Positions 31,461-40,445 of a stretch of DNA of 64,000 nucleotides are shown here, piece by piece; the stretch's first letter is position 1, and every line of letters starts with the position of its first letter. Below the pieces are notes generated by a model. That model was given only the letters and a program-made list of their open reading frames with translations, searched no databases and was not told the origin of the DNA. A program made the translations under genes and the position numbers. Origin of the DNA: a virus; IMG/VR virus record IMGVR_UViG_3300027708_000023; one strand, written 5' to 3'.

Positions 31461-31676
31461 TCAAGAGGCGTGAATGAACACTTGTTCACTTCTCAGTCTG
31501 CTATTGATAGTTACGATCCAGTTTTTTCCGCTACCATCCTCACGCATGATACCGTTGATAAGGCCCACATGAGCGTTACCCTTGGGGTCGAGCACGCAGT
31601 GATACTTGCCAGCTCGCATAGCAGAGAAAATCTTGTCAAGGTTATTCGTTACCGGCTTATAGGCTGTTGCAAACAT
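31461..31676 (-). CDS. hypothetical phage protein (REDGSG..W type)
   Basis: 71 aa, AAGGA RBS, promoter 31704-31733. Confidence 0.7.
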   Translation of the reverse strand: MFATAYKPVTNNLDKIFSAMRAGKYHCVLDPKGNAHVGLINGIMREDGSGKNWIVTINSRLRSEQVFIHAS

Positions 31677-31990
31677 GTTTTTCCTTTTCTTTCTTGTTTT
31701 TCTATTATACAGTATAGACTAGGTGGTTGTCAATACCTTAGAAAATATTTTTTAGTGAGAGGAAGCCGGAAGCCTTTTGATGATTCGGCTACCATAGGCA
31801 GTTTCATCGCCCTCCCATTTGCTCCAACCGGCTTCATACGCTTCGTTTTCAGTATTGAACGGGCCGATGAAGTCGATTTCACAATCCCAAGCGTCGAAAA
31901 CCTGAATGAAATAAGTCATTTTCTTTTCCTTTATCCTATCGTTCTCTTGTGTCTCTATTATAGCTTATCGGCTAGACGGCTGTCAATACC

Positions 31991-32233
31991 TTAGTAGTAA
32001 AGAAAATCGCTAAGAATGTTTCCGTCACGATCAACATTAATTCCCTCGCCCTCATCGCCGCAGGGAAAGAAATCTCCGATGGAAGCGGTCCCGTCGCTCA
32101 GTTCGTAGTAGTGGAAAGCCTCGATGAGCAACTCACCGCCAATACGAGCAATTCCAACCAAGGTTTCGGGGCTGGTCGAATCAGCACCATAGAGGAGGTT
32201 GTTCAGTTCGTCGCGATTGTTGATGGTGATCAT
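31991..32233 (-). CDS. small acidic hypothetical protein
   Basis: 80 aa, GAGGA RBS, promoter 32262-32289. Confidence 0.7.
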   Translation of the reverse strand: MITINNRDELNNLLYGADSTSPETLVGIARIGGELLIEAFHYYELSDGTASIGDFFPCGDEGEGINVDRDGNILSDFLYY

Positions 32234-32333
32234 TTTCTTGTCCTCTTGTTCTTATATCGACATTATACAGAGTATTCTGTAGTTTGCAAGTGGAAAGTTT
32301 CCTTACATTTCCGTAAGGTTCGCGGTTTTCGTT

Positions 32334-32413
32334 CTAAACCCTTGGGACCAAAAGACTTACATCAAACGCGGCCCGCAAAATGAGACATAAGTCCTTATCT
32401 GCCATATACTTGG
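32334..32413. repeat. 80-bp bipartite dyad element, copy 17 (most degenerate)
   Basis: CTAAACCCTT-N7-AAAGACTTAC + 26 + ATAAGTCCTT-N7-ATATACTTGG. Confidence 0.85.
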
Positions 32414-32526
32414 GGGGTTTTTCTGTTTTATTAAGGACCCCAGAAAATTGCGAGACAATCCGGGGGTGGTACATAAACAATAAGGACCCCCATATAATAA
32501 TTGGCCGGTTTAATAGCCACTTTATA

Positions 32527-34338
32527 TTATTCTACAGTCACGCTTTTGGCTAAATTCCGTGGCTTATCAACGTTTTTGCCCCTCAAAACTGCCGAGTAGT
32601 AAGAAAATAGCTGCAAAGGAACTATTCCCATCAGTGGACTCAAAGCATCAGTCACCATTGGCACCCTTATCTTATAATCCCCCAATCCAGCATTCTCAGA
32701 AAATATGCTTATCACCTTACCGTCTCGTGCCATTATCTCACTAACATTATTTACCATCTTCCCATACTGCCCCACATTATTAGCTAAAACGATCACTGGC
32801 ATATTTTTATCTATCAAAGCAATAGGTCCATGTTTCATTTCCGCCGCCGGATATCCTTCAGCATGAACATAACTTATCTCTTTTAACTTAAGAGCCCCCT
32901 CAAGAGCTATTGGAAAATTATATCCGCGCCCCAAAAACAAGCAATTAGTCATTCCAACCATCGTCTCTGCTAAAAATTCCACATTCTCATAACACTTCAA
33001 ACATCTTTCAGTCAAATCTGGCAAATCTCTCAAATCATCTATTATTGTTTTTCTATGATCCAAACCCATAAGCCCCAAGTTCTGCTCAATCCACAGACTT
33101 AACATCAATAAAACAACCACCTGATTAGTAAAAGCTTTAGTACTAGCAACTCCCACTTCCACACCAGCCCGCAAATAAATTCCACAATCAGTCATTCTTG
33201 ATATGGTAGAATTAGGAACATTACAAATCCCCACAATAATCGCCCCATATATCTTTGCTATTTCTAAAGCACTAATAGTATCTGCAGTTTCCCCACTTTG
33301 ACTAACTCCAACAACAATATCCCCCTGCTCAATACATGGCTTTCGATATCGGAACTCACTAGCATATTCCACACTCACCTTAATTTTACAAAATTCCTCA
33401 ATATAATATTTTGCAATCAAAGACGAATGCCAACTTGACCCACAACTCACTATGGTTATATGCTTTACCTTTTTAAATAAATTCTCATATCCAATCAATC
33501 CCCCCAATTTAATCCGGTATCCATCAAGTCGCCCCTTCAAGCAATCATCAATCACCCTTGGTTGCTCAAAAATCTCCTTAAGCATGAAACTATCATAACT
33601 TCCCTTTTCCACCCTCAAATTATGATTATATACCTGCTCAATCTCATAATCAATTTCTATATCGTTATGAAGATCATATACGGCCAATTTGTCCGTAATT
33701 TCCCCCACACTATTATCTTTTAAATAAACCAGCCCCAAACTTACCCTATCACCAAAAGCCCCACTATCACTCCCCACCATTATCTCATTTACCCCCAATC
33801 CTATTACCAAAGGACTTCCTTTTCGAGCCACTATCATTTGACCGTTATCCCCCAACACCACCATAGCAAAGGCCCCGACAATTTTCCTAAGAGCGCACTT
33901 GACGCTCGTTAAAATATCCTCTCCTTCCTGCACAAATTCATATATTTGATACAAAAGGACTTCAGAATCAGTGTCGCTTTTGAACTTATACTTTTTCTCC
34001 AGACTATCCTTTAATTCTTGGTAATTCTCAATTATACCATTGTGGATTATGGCCAATTTATTGTCGCTGGTCAGATGAGGATGAGAATTCCTTTTACAGG
34101 GCTTTCCGTGGGTGGCCCATCGGGTGTGGCCAATGCCGCTGTAGGCTTCGATATGGGGGTTTTTAACAACCTTTTTTAAATCTTCCACGCTACCAGTCTG
34201 TTTGACATTTATTAAAGTCTGGTTGACCAAATAGCAGATGCCAGCACTATCATAACCCCTATATTCCAGAGATTGAAGTCCATCAAGCAAAAAAGACAAG
34301 CATTTCTGCTTGCCTTTGTAAGCTACTATACCACACAT
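32527..34338 (-). CDS. glmS: glutamine-fructose-6-phosphate aminotransferase (isomerizing)
   Basis: MCGIV N-terminus, EYRGYDSAG, GHTRWATHG, SQSGETADT, EGALKLKE, C-terminal PRNLAKSVTVE. Confidence 0.98.
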   Translation of the reverse strand: MCGIVAYKGKQKCLSFLLDGLQSLEYRGYDSAGICYLVNQTLINVKQTGSVEDLKKVVKNPHIEAYSGIGHTRWATHGKPCKRNSHPHLTSDNKLAIIHNGIIENYQELKDSLEKKYKFKSDTDSEVLLYQIYEFVQEGEDILTSVKCALRKIVGAFAMVVLGDNGQMIVARKGSPLVIGLGVNEIMVGSDSGAFGDRVSLGLVYLKDNSVGEITDKLAVYDLHNDIEIDYEIEQVYNHNLRVEKGSYDSFMLKEIFEQPRVIDDCLKGRLDGYRIKLGGLIGYENLFKKVKHITIVSCGSSWHSSLIAKYYIEEFCKIKVSVEYASEFRYRKPCIEQGDIVVGVSQSGETADTISALEIAKIYGAIIVGICNVPNSTISRMTDCGIYLRAGVEVGVASTKAFTNQVVVLLMLSLWIEQNLGLMGLDHRKTIIDDLRDLPDLTERCLKCYENVEFLAETMVGMTNCLFLGRGYNFPIALEGALKLKEISYVHAEGYPAAEMKHGPIALIDKNMPVIVLANNVGQYGKMVNNVSEIMARDGKVISIFSENAGLGDYKIRVPMVTDALSPLMGIVPLQLFSYYSAVLRGKNVDKPRNLAKSVTVE

Positions 34339-34344
34339 AGTTTT

Positions 34345-34686
34345 TTAGTACCGATAAGGATACTGTCGATAGTTATAATAAACCGGCCTATTCCAGTAAC
34401 ATGACGGAAAGTAGGTTTGAGCATACGGGGTCACCTCAGATATTGGTCGATATAACGGAGCTTGATAATACTGAACATTTGGAACATTTACCGGAACCAT
34501 AGTAGTATAGTAATTAGTTACAGCATAATTGTAAGGAACATATTGGGTTGTATTAACCACCATAGGAACCCATGCTTGAGTAACTACCGGATATTGAGCA
34601 GAGGCTAAGTTTCCCAGCATAAGCAACAACGTTAAAGAGCATAGTAGAGTTTTCATAATTTTCTCCAGGTTCGGGACATAAGACAC
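34345..34686 (-). CDS. secreted Tyr/Pro/Val-rich low-complexity protein
   Basis: Signal peptide MKTLLCSLTLLLMLGNLASA behind GGAGA RBS. Confidence 0.65.
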   Translation of the reverse strand: MSYVPNLEKIMKTLLCSLTLLLMLGNLASAQYPVVTQAWVPMVVNTTQYVPYNYAVTNYYTTMVPVNVPNVQYYQAPLYRPISEVTPYAQTYFPSCYWNRPVYYNYRQYPYRY

Positions 34687-34809
34687 TTTTATTCTAACGC
34701 GTCAGGCCTCAATAGTCAAATCTTCTTTTTAAGAACACATGTTTTTATCTTATGATATAGTGTATATTTTATTAGCTATTATTTACCATAAGTAGGAGAA
34801 ACCATAATT

Positions 34810-35643
34810 ATGAGAGAACCATTACCTCCTGGTGTTATTTTTAGTCCAATGCAATGCATAAGCTGTAATGGTATAGTTGGCGGTTGGAATACTGTTAATT
34901 GGGTGACTAAACAACAATGTGATAGTACAGGAGGAACCTCATCTGTTGGAGAGGGCGCTCCAGAATCTACTGTTGGACCTTGTGGACAAGTTTTAAATGC
35001 GCCAAACTGTAATTCTTATTTTGCAAATAGGTCATTTGCAGGAATTCCTATAAGAGTTATAAAACCCATGATAACTCTAATTGGAGCAGGAGGAGGAACG
35101 GTAAGAGTAAATGCTTGTAATATTAGTGACTCTGATCCTCCTGGGGCTATTCCAGTACACTATGACTCTATGAAAGATTTACAAGACTCATGTACAGCTT
35201 TTTCTGCTCTTCATCCCGAACTAACTCTTTGTTTAAATAGAGTACATCAATATGCTCCAATAACCGTAGAAAATACCAATATTAATGAGACCTTTCCCAC
35301 AACAACAGATACATCGTCTCCGTGGACTTATGGTATTCCATTAACTGTTATTTCAGGAGGAGTAGCTACGGCAGTATATAGATATTTTACTACTCCTGGA
35401 GTTCCTCCCCCAGGACCTCCACCAACATTCAATCCTATTGGACCAGTACCCTCAGCAGCAATCGGGGCTCTGAAAGCTTTAAAAGCAATATTAGGAGCAG
35501 CAACAGGAGTAATATTTGGACCAATTTTAGTAAGACCAGATCCTGTTGGAGGAGGACAAGTTGCAAGTTATGGAATAATACTATATAACAGCGACGGAAC
35601 TTCATCAAATACCCTAATTGCTGAAATTCCATTATCGTCTTAA
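34810..35643 (+). CDS. hypothetical Pro/Gly/Cys-rich protein
   Basis: 277 aa, AGGAGA RBS. Confidence 0.75.
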   Translation: MREPLPPGVIFSPMQCISCNGIVGGWNTVNWVTKQQCDSTGGTSSVGEGAPESTVGPCGQVLNAPNCNSYFANRSFAGIPIRVIKPMITLIGAGGGTVRVNACNISDSDPPGAIPVHYDSMKDLQDSCTAFSALHPELTLCLNRVHQYAPITVENTNINETFPTTTDTSSPWTYGIPLTVISGGVATAVYRYFTTPGVPPPGPPPTFNPIGPVPSAAIGALKALKAILGAATGVIFGPILVRPDPVGGGQVASYGIILYNSDGTSSNTLIAEIPLSS

Positions 35644-35693
35644 TAGTTTTGGGGTATATCTTAATAAGATACAACTTCTCATAAGGAGAGTCT

Positions 35694-36410
35694 ATGATCA
35701 ATAGTAGTCAACCATTCTTATATACAAACAATAGCGGCCAAAAATGCCTTCTTTATTGTTATGCTGATTCATTAAGAACACTAGTTTTTGGAAAAGAATA
35801 TTCTATTCGTCCATGGAAAATCTACCACAAAAATTATGTTACAAATGAAGAAGTTAGTATTACTACCCCAACAAACGTTGAGAATTACGGAGAGGTAATT
35901 CTAGAATGTAATCCTCATCTATATTCCAATAAACTATATTATACAGCAGGATTTAATAAGGGGCCAAATACTCCCATAGTTTATTATTTATGTTCTTTGG
36001 ACATTTCGCCTCTAGATCCTTCTCAAACTTCTAATTTTACAGTTATCCAGCAAACTTTCACAGGAACAGTCGTTGATGATATTCCAATCTACGCCAATCC
36101 TAACAAGAACGGAAAAGTATTAAAAGGAATCACAAATCCCCAGGAGTTTGACTTGGGATTAGTTTATATCTACAAATTAAATAAAGTTTTTAATGAAGAC
36201 AAATTTATAGTAACAGGACAAACAACTGAGAAGTCATACCTTTCCTTATTAGTTGATAGTTCATTCAATATCATTAAAGAGCTCAAAAACAATAATAATA
36301 AATCAATTTATAAATGTTCTTTACTAAATAATGAACTAGTTTATACTCTTAAACTAGATCAAGATAGTTATGAATCACGAGAATTGGTAGAGGAGGTTTA
36401 TAATGGCTGA
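35694..36410 (+). CDS. hypothetical protein
   Basis: 238 aa, AAGGAG RBS. Confidence 0.75.
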   Translation: MINSSQPFLYTNNSGQKCLLYCYADSLRTLVFGKEYSIRPWKIYHKNYVTNEEVSITTPTNVENYGEVILECNPHLYSNKLYYTAGFNKGPNTPIVYYLCSLDISPLDPSQTSNFTVIQQTFTGTVVDDIPIYANPNKNGKVLKGITNPQEFDLGLVYIYKLNKVFNEDKFIVTGQTTEKSYLSLLVDSSFNIIKELKNNNNKSIYKCSLLNNELVYTLKLDQDSYESRELVEEVYNG

Positions 36411-37197
36411 TAGTAGTAATAGATATTCAATAAGTGGTTTAATTCGCAATAGAACCTTAAGTGGGCTACATGCACATAGGCCAGAGAATACCACAAAATA
36501 CTTTGAGTATACAAAATTAAATATTCCACCACAGTTTGTATCTATATTGCAAACTAAAGTTACAAGTAATGGTTATAACTATAGCAAGTCTACAACCATT
36601 AGTTTTCCACAACCAGAACATCCAGATGGTATAGTTGCTACCGCCAAACCTTTCTTTTCTCCAATTAAAACAACTTTTACAATAACAAATCCTGGTACAG
36701 CATACAGCATAAACGACGCATTTTCAATTCTTCAGCAAGGAGAAGCTGTTGGTTTTATGAGAGTCATAGCAACAGGAAATTTAGGCTCAATTTCTGATTA
36801 TGAGATTTTTTCCAAACCGCTTGATTTAGGTCCTAGCTCACCATTGCCAAATATTGATTTATCAAACAATAATTCCGCAACTATTATAGCAAATGATAAA
36901 TTTGGCATTTTTGAGATAGACATGACAGGCTTTGGTCTTGGATATCAAACCTTTAATAGAATAACAGGAAATAGCATCAATCGCACACCTATAATTTCTA
37001 ATCAAGGAATCTCTAATCCAATTCCTAGTGGTTTACAATTAGCAATATCTATGGATCCTTTTGTTATAGATAATCAAATTGTTGATCCTAGAAAAAGACC
37101 ATCAGTACCAAATAAGTTTAATGTCTCTTCTGCAAATAATGAATATAAAACCCACTATATGTTAATTAAAAATTTTTCTCTTGGAGATTTTCAATAA
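36403..37197 (+). CDS. putative virion structural protein
   Basis: VTSNGYNYS, ITNPGTAYS and GFGLGY repeats typical of phage beta-rich structural proteins. Confidence 0.55.
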   Translation: MADSSNRYSISGLIRNRTLSGLHAHRPENTTKYFEYTKLNIPPQFVSILQTKVTSNGYNYSKSTTISFPQPEHPDGIVATAKPFFSPIKTTFTITNPGTAYSINDAFSILQQGEAVGFMRVIATGNLGSISDYEIFSKPLDLGPSSPLPNIDLSNNNSATIIANDKFGIFEIDMTGFGLGYQTFNRITGNSINRTPIISNQGISNPIPSGLQLAISMDPFVIDNQIVDPRKRPSVPNKFNVSSANNEYKTHYMLIKNFSLGDFQ

Positions 37198-37210
37198 TTA
37201 GGAGACAATT

Positions 37211-38863
37211 ATGCCAATAATGTTTGATGATCCTCTGGTTCCGTCCCCAAAACCAGGCGGCGGTAGTGGCTCTTGTAGCAGTAGTGGTGGTGGGGGTTTT
37301 ACCCCTCCTCAATGCCCAATAGTTACCAATAGAACAGTATGTGAACCCAAAACGGTGCAAAGCTGTAGTTGTGTTAACGACGGTCCTAAAAATCCAGTAA
37401 CCCCTTCTTCTTGGAGAGTTACAGAAGTAGGAGATTCCGGATATGGAGGATATGACTATATAGGAGGATGGAGGAGTTCCACAACCACATCATATGATCC
37501 AACTACCCAGACCGTTACTTTAGATGGCGCTCCCTCTTCTTGGAATCCTCCTTATCCATATGGATATACTGGATATATGAGATTGATACTAAATTGTTCC
37601 GATGGAAGCTCTCATGTTCTAGATAGTTGGACCACCATTAACGGACATCCAACAAGTAATCCAGGAGGTAGTCATCCTATTAGTTCTTCTGTTATGAATC
37701 CTTGCGGAACACAAGGACCTATTGAAGACGTTAGTGGCAGAGACGAAAACGATTGCAATAATGCTAAAACAGCGTATTCTGACTACAAGATATCTTGGAA
37801 ATGCGTAGATGTAGTAACAGAAGATTGTACAACTATTACAGACACCAACTATGTAGATGCTAGTCCAACACTTAAGGCTGGCGTTTTAGCTGGTCTTTTT
37901 GGCGGTCTTTTTGGATCAACACCACCTCCACCTACCCAGATAGACCTCAGAACCCTTTCTTCAGATGAACTCAAAAAGTTTATTGAAGCTGGTTTGGAAA
38001 CTCAAAAAAATAATAATCCATTATTAAGAGATATCCAGACTTTCGAGAGAGCTAAAAGTCTTGTCAAAGAATATAAGATAACAACAGTAAACGGAAAAAC
38101 AGTGATCGAAGTAATATATAAAGATCCAAAAAAGATAAAAGATACAGCAGAAAGAATATTGACTGGAACTATCGAAAAAATATGTAAAGAAACACAGACA
38201 CTGATAAATAGTGGAAAGACAGTTTCTAGTAACAGCGTTGTTGGACAAAAATTTTTGGAGCTTTTAAAAGCCGGAGGGAAAATTAGCGCACAAACATTAG
38301 CAAGATTAGGGCCATGTTTATCAAGACTTAAACCCTTGATTGCTTTTTTGGGGGTTTTAGCTGCAAGTGAAGCAGAAGCGGCTATTACAGCTTTAAGCGA
38401 GCCTTCTTTTGGCTCTAGCGGATTAGCAGATTCAGATATAATTTGGACTTGTGATCCAGAAGGAGGAGGTGGTTCTTCTGAAGGAAATTCTGGTAGAGGT
38501 CCAAAGAAAGCATCTAATAATGATGGACAATTAAATTATACAGATGGGGTGTTTTTGCCAGACGGTTCATTTCAGAACCATAATGGTTCTATTAGCTCAC
38601 CTGTTCCTAAACCAGACTCTAATAATCCATCACGATCCAACTTTTTAAGAGGCAATACTACAACTAACGTTAATATGAGAGCCATATCCAATATTAATGC
38701 TCCTACTGATCTTAGAAATAATTTAACACTAAATTCAAACTATGGTATGCCGATACAAAACTTTCCAGTTCTTAAAGTAGCTAAAGAACCACCTACACCA
38801 AGAGATATAATCATTATAGACGATGGTAAATTTATTCCAGGTCAAGTAAACTACCCATTTTAA
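37211..38863 (+). CDS. hypothetical multidomain protein
   Basis: 550 aa, AGGAGA RBS; Cys-rich N-terminus, helical middle, low-complexity C-terminus. Confidence 0.8.
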   Translation: MPIMFDDPLVPSPKPGGGSGSCSSSGGGGFTPPQCPIVTNRTVCEPKTVQSCSCVNDGPKNPVTPSSWRVTEVGDSGYGGYDYIGGWRSSTTTSYDPTTQTVTLDGAPSSWNPPYPYGYTGYMRLILNCSDGSSHVLDSWTTINGHPTSNPGGSHPISSSVMNPCGTQGPIEDVSGRDENDCNNAKTAYSDYKISWKCVDVVTEDCTTITDTNYVDASPTLKAGVLAGLFGGLFGSTPPPPTQIDLRTLSSDELKKFIEAGLETQKNNNPLLRDIQTFERAKSLVKEYKITTVNGKTVIEVIYKDPKKIKDTAERILTGTIEKICKETQTLINSGKTVSSNSVVGQKFLELLKAGGKISAQTLARLGPCLSRLKPLIAFLGVLAASEAEAAITALSEPSFGSSGLADSDIIWTCDPEGGGGSSEGNSGRGPKKASNNDGQLNYTDGVFLPDGSFQNHNGSISSPVPKPDSNNPSRSNFLRGNTTTNVNMRAISNINAPTDLRNNLTLNSNYGMPIQNFPVLKVAKEPPTPRDIIIIDDGKFIPGQVNYPF

Positions 38864-38880
38864 TTTAAATAGGAATATTT

Positions 38881-39240
38881 ATGAACAACTCAGCTTATTA
38901 CAACTATGGCCATCGTATTTTTTACCAGTTTAATAATGGACTATATCAAATTCCAGTTATTGATTATCTTCACTTAGAGATACAAATATTAGACACAATA
39001 ACCTATGCTCCTAAACAACATATAGAACATATTGATCCTATATATCCATCTAGAGAAGATATTTCTTTAATAGATCTTATTAATAAATCTAGGCCAAATA
39101 TTCACAATCCAAATAAAATCGCAATAGATATTCCATCAACCAAACACACCAAACAAGAAAGACTCGGATTCTCTTCTGCGTCTTCTTCTAGTTCTAGTCG
39201 TAGATTGGTTTTTACACGAGGTTTAAAGAACGTTGAATAA
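38881..39240 (+). CDS. hypothetical protein
   Basis: 119 aa, AGGAA RBS. Confidence 0.55.
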   Translation: MNNSAYYNYGHRIFYQFNNGLYQIPVIDYLHLEIQILDTITYAPKQHIEHIDPIYPSREDISLIDLINKSRPNIHNPNKIAIDIPSTKHTKQERLGFSSASSSSSSRRLVFTRGLKNVE

Positions 39241-39300
39241 AAAAGGGACAGCCAATTACGACTATCCCCATTTTATTATTTATTTACTATTATTAGTAAG

Positions 39301-39534
39301 TCAAACGCTCTGAGTACTATTTTCCTCAGGACTTTCCACAATCCTAATCTTTGGCCTTCGACCCTTAGCTTTTTTAATTCCTAGCTTTCTTCGCTGCCTA
39401 CGAATCATGCTGGTTGTAATGTTTTGTGTGGTCATTTGGCTAAGCTTAGCGGCTAACTCATCATCACTCAACAACTTCTGATTCTCATTAATAAACTTCA
39501 ATTCGGCTTCTGTCCACTTCTTGTAATTAGCCAT
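39301..39534 (-). CDS. small Myb/HTH-like DNA-binding protein
   Basis: KKWTEAELKFI...SDDELAAKL...SMIRRQRRKLG pattern. Confidence 0.65.
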   Translation of the reverse strand: MANYKKWTEAELKFINENQKLLSDDELAAKLSQMTTQNITTSMIRRQRRKLGIKKAKGRRPKIRIVESPEENSTQSV

Positions 39535-39743
39535 AAAAAATGTTCCTTTTGGTGTAATATTGACTACAGACTAGAATACTCTATTATATTATAGATTGAC
39601 AAGTTTGATGCAAGGAGAAAAGATGAATAATCCCAAAATTAAGATAACAGACTCCGTTTTGGACGTTAAAGCCGTTGGCAGCATTATGGACGTGTCAGCA
39701 GATTTTGATTGTGTACAAACCAAAACTATAGCAGAACTACTAG

Positions 39744-40445
39744 ATGCCGAACAACAAGAAGAAGAAAATAACACTAAAAAGCAAAAAGAAAAAAATTAAT
39801 AGCGCTAATTTATATGGTGTGTCAGAAGAGGAATTTTTAATAGTTTTAGATAACATAAGTAGAAGACTAGCTAATAAATTCAAATTTGGATATCATGACT
39901 TTGATGATATGAAACAACAAGCGGCTATTTTTGCTCTTGAAGGATTAGAAAAGTACGATCACTCACGCCCATTAGAAAATTTCTTATGGACCCATGTTCG
40001 TAATCGTCTATTCAATTATAAAAGGAATAATTACCAGAGACCCGACAAGCCATGTTTAACTTGTCCTCTTTTTGACAAAGCATATCAATGTTCAACAAAT
40101 CAATGTTCCAAGTATACCGACAAAACAGAGTGCGAATTATATTCAGCATGGGCAAGTCGAAATGACTCTAAAAAGAACATTATGCAGCCATCTTATATTA
40201 GTGATCATGAAAATTTACATAATACCCTAGCTAAAGATGAGCTTTTCAATAACATACAAAACAATGAGATTATTAAATTTTTGGATCAACATGTTCAATC
40301 AGAATATAGAGAAACTTATTTAAAGCTTAAACATGGACTTAAAATTCCCAGACAGCAACTTGATAAACTAAAAAGTCACATTAACGAAATACTCAGGAAC
40401 AACAAGTGGACACCAGAAAATCTCCAAGAAAACGAGGACAATTAA
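39744..40445 (+). CDS. sigma70-family (region 2) phage sigma factor with Cys-rich insertion
   Basis: DFDDMKQQAAIFALEGLEKYD..RPLENFLWTHVRNRLFNYKR resembles sigma region 2.2-2.4. Confidence 0.75.
   Translation: MPNNKKKKITLKSKKKKINSANLYGVSEEEFLIVLDNISRRLANKFKFGYHDFDDMKQQAAIFALEGLEKYDHSRPLENFLWTHVRNRLFNYKRNNYQRPDKPCLTCPLFDKAYQCSTNQCSKYTDKTECELYSAWASRNDSKKNIMQPSYISDHENLHNTLAKDELFNNIQNNEIIKFLDQHVQSEYRETYLKLKHGLKIPRQQLDKLKSHINEILRNNKWTPENLQENEDN

Noticed and set aside
13436-32413. CRISPR array interpretation of the recurring repeat
   Set aside because: Copies are degenerate, 80 bp long and separated by 0.7-2.4 kb of genes rather than ~30-40 bp spacers; no cas genes were seen.
13436-32413. Canonical integron (attC sites plus intI)
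   Set aside because: No consistent RYYYAAC/GTTRRRY ends, modules carry their own promoters, and there is no integrase in the window. Only the architecture is analogous.
34339-34720. glmS ribozyme upstream of glmS
   Set aside because: The upstream space is occupied by ORF 34345-34686, ending 6 bp before the glmS start; there is no room and no recognisable motif.
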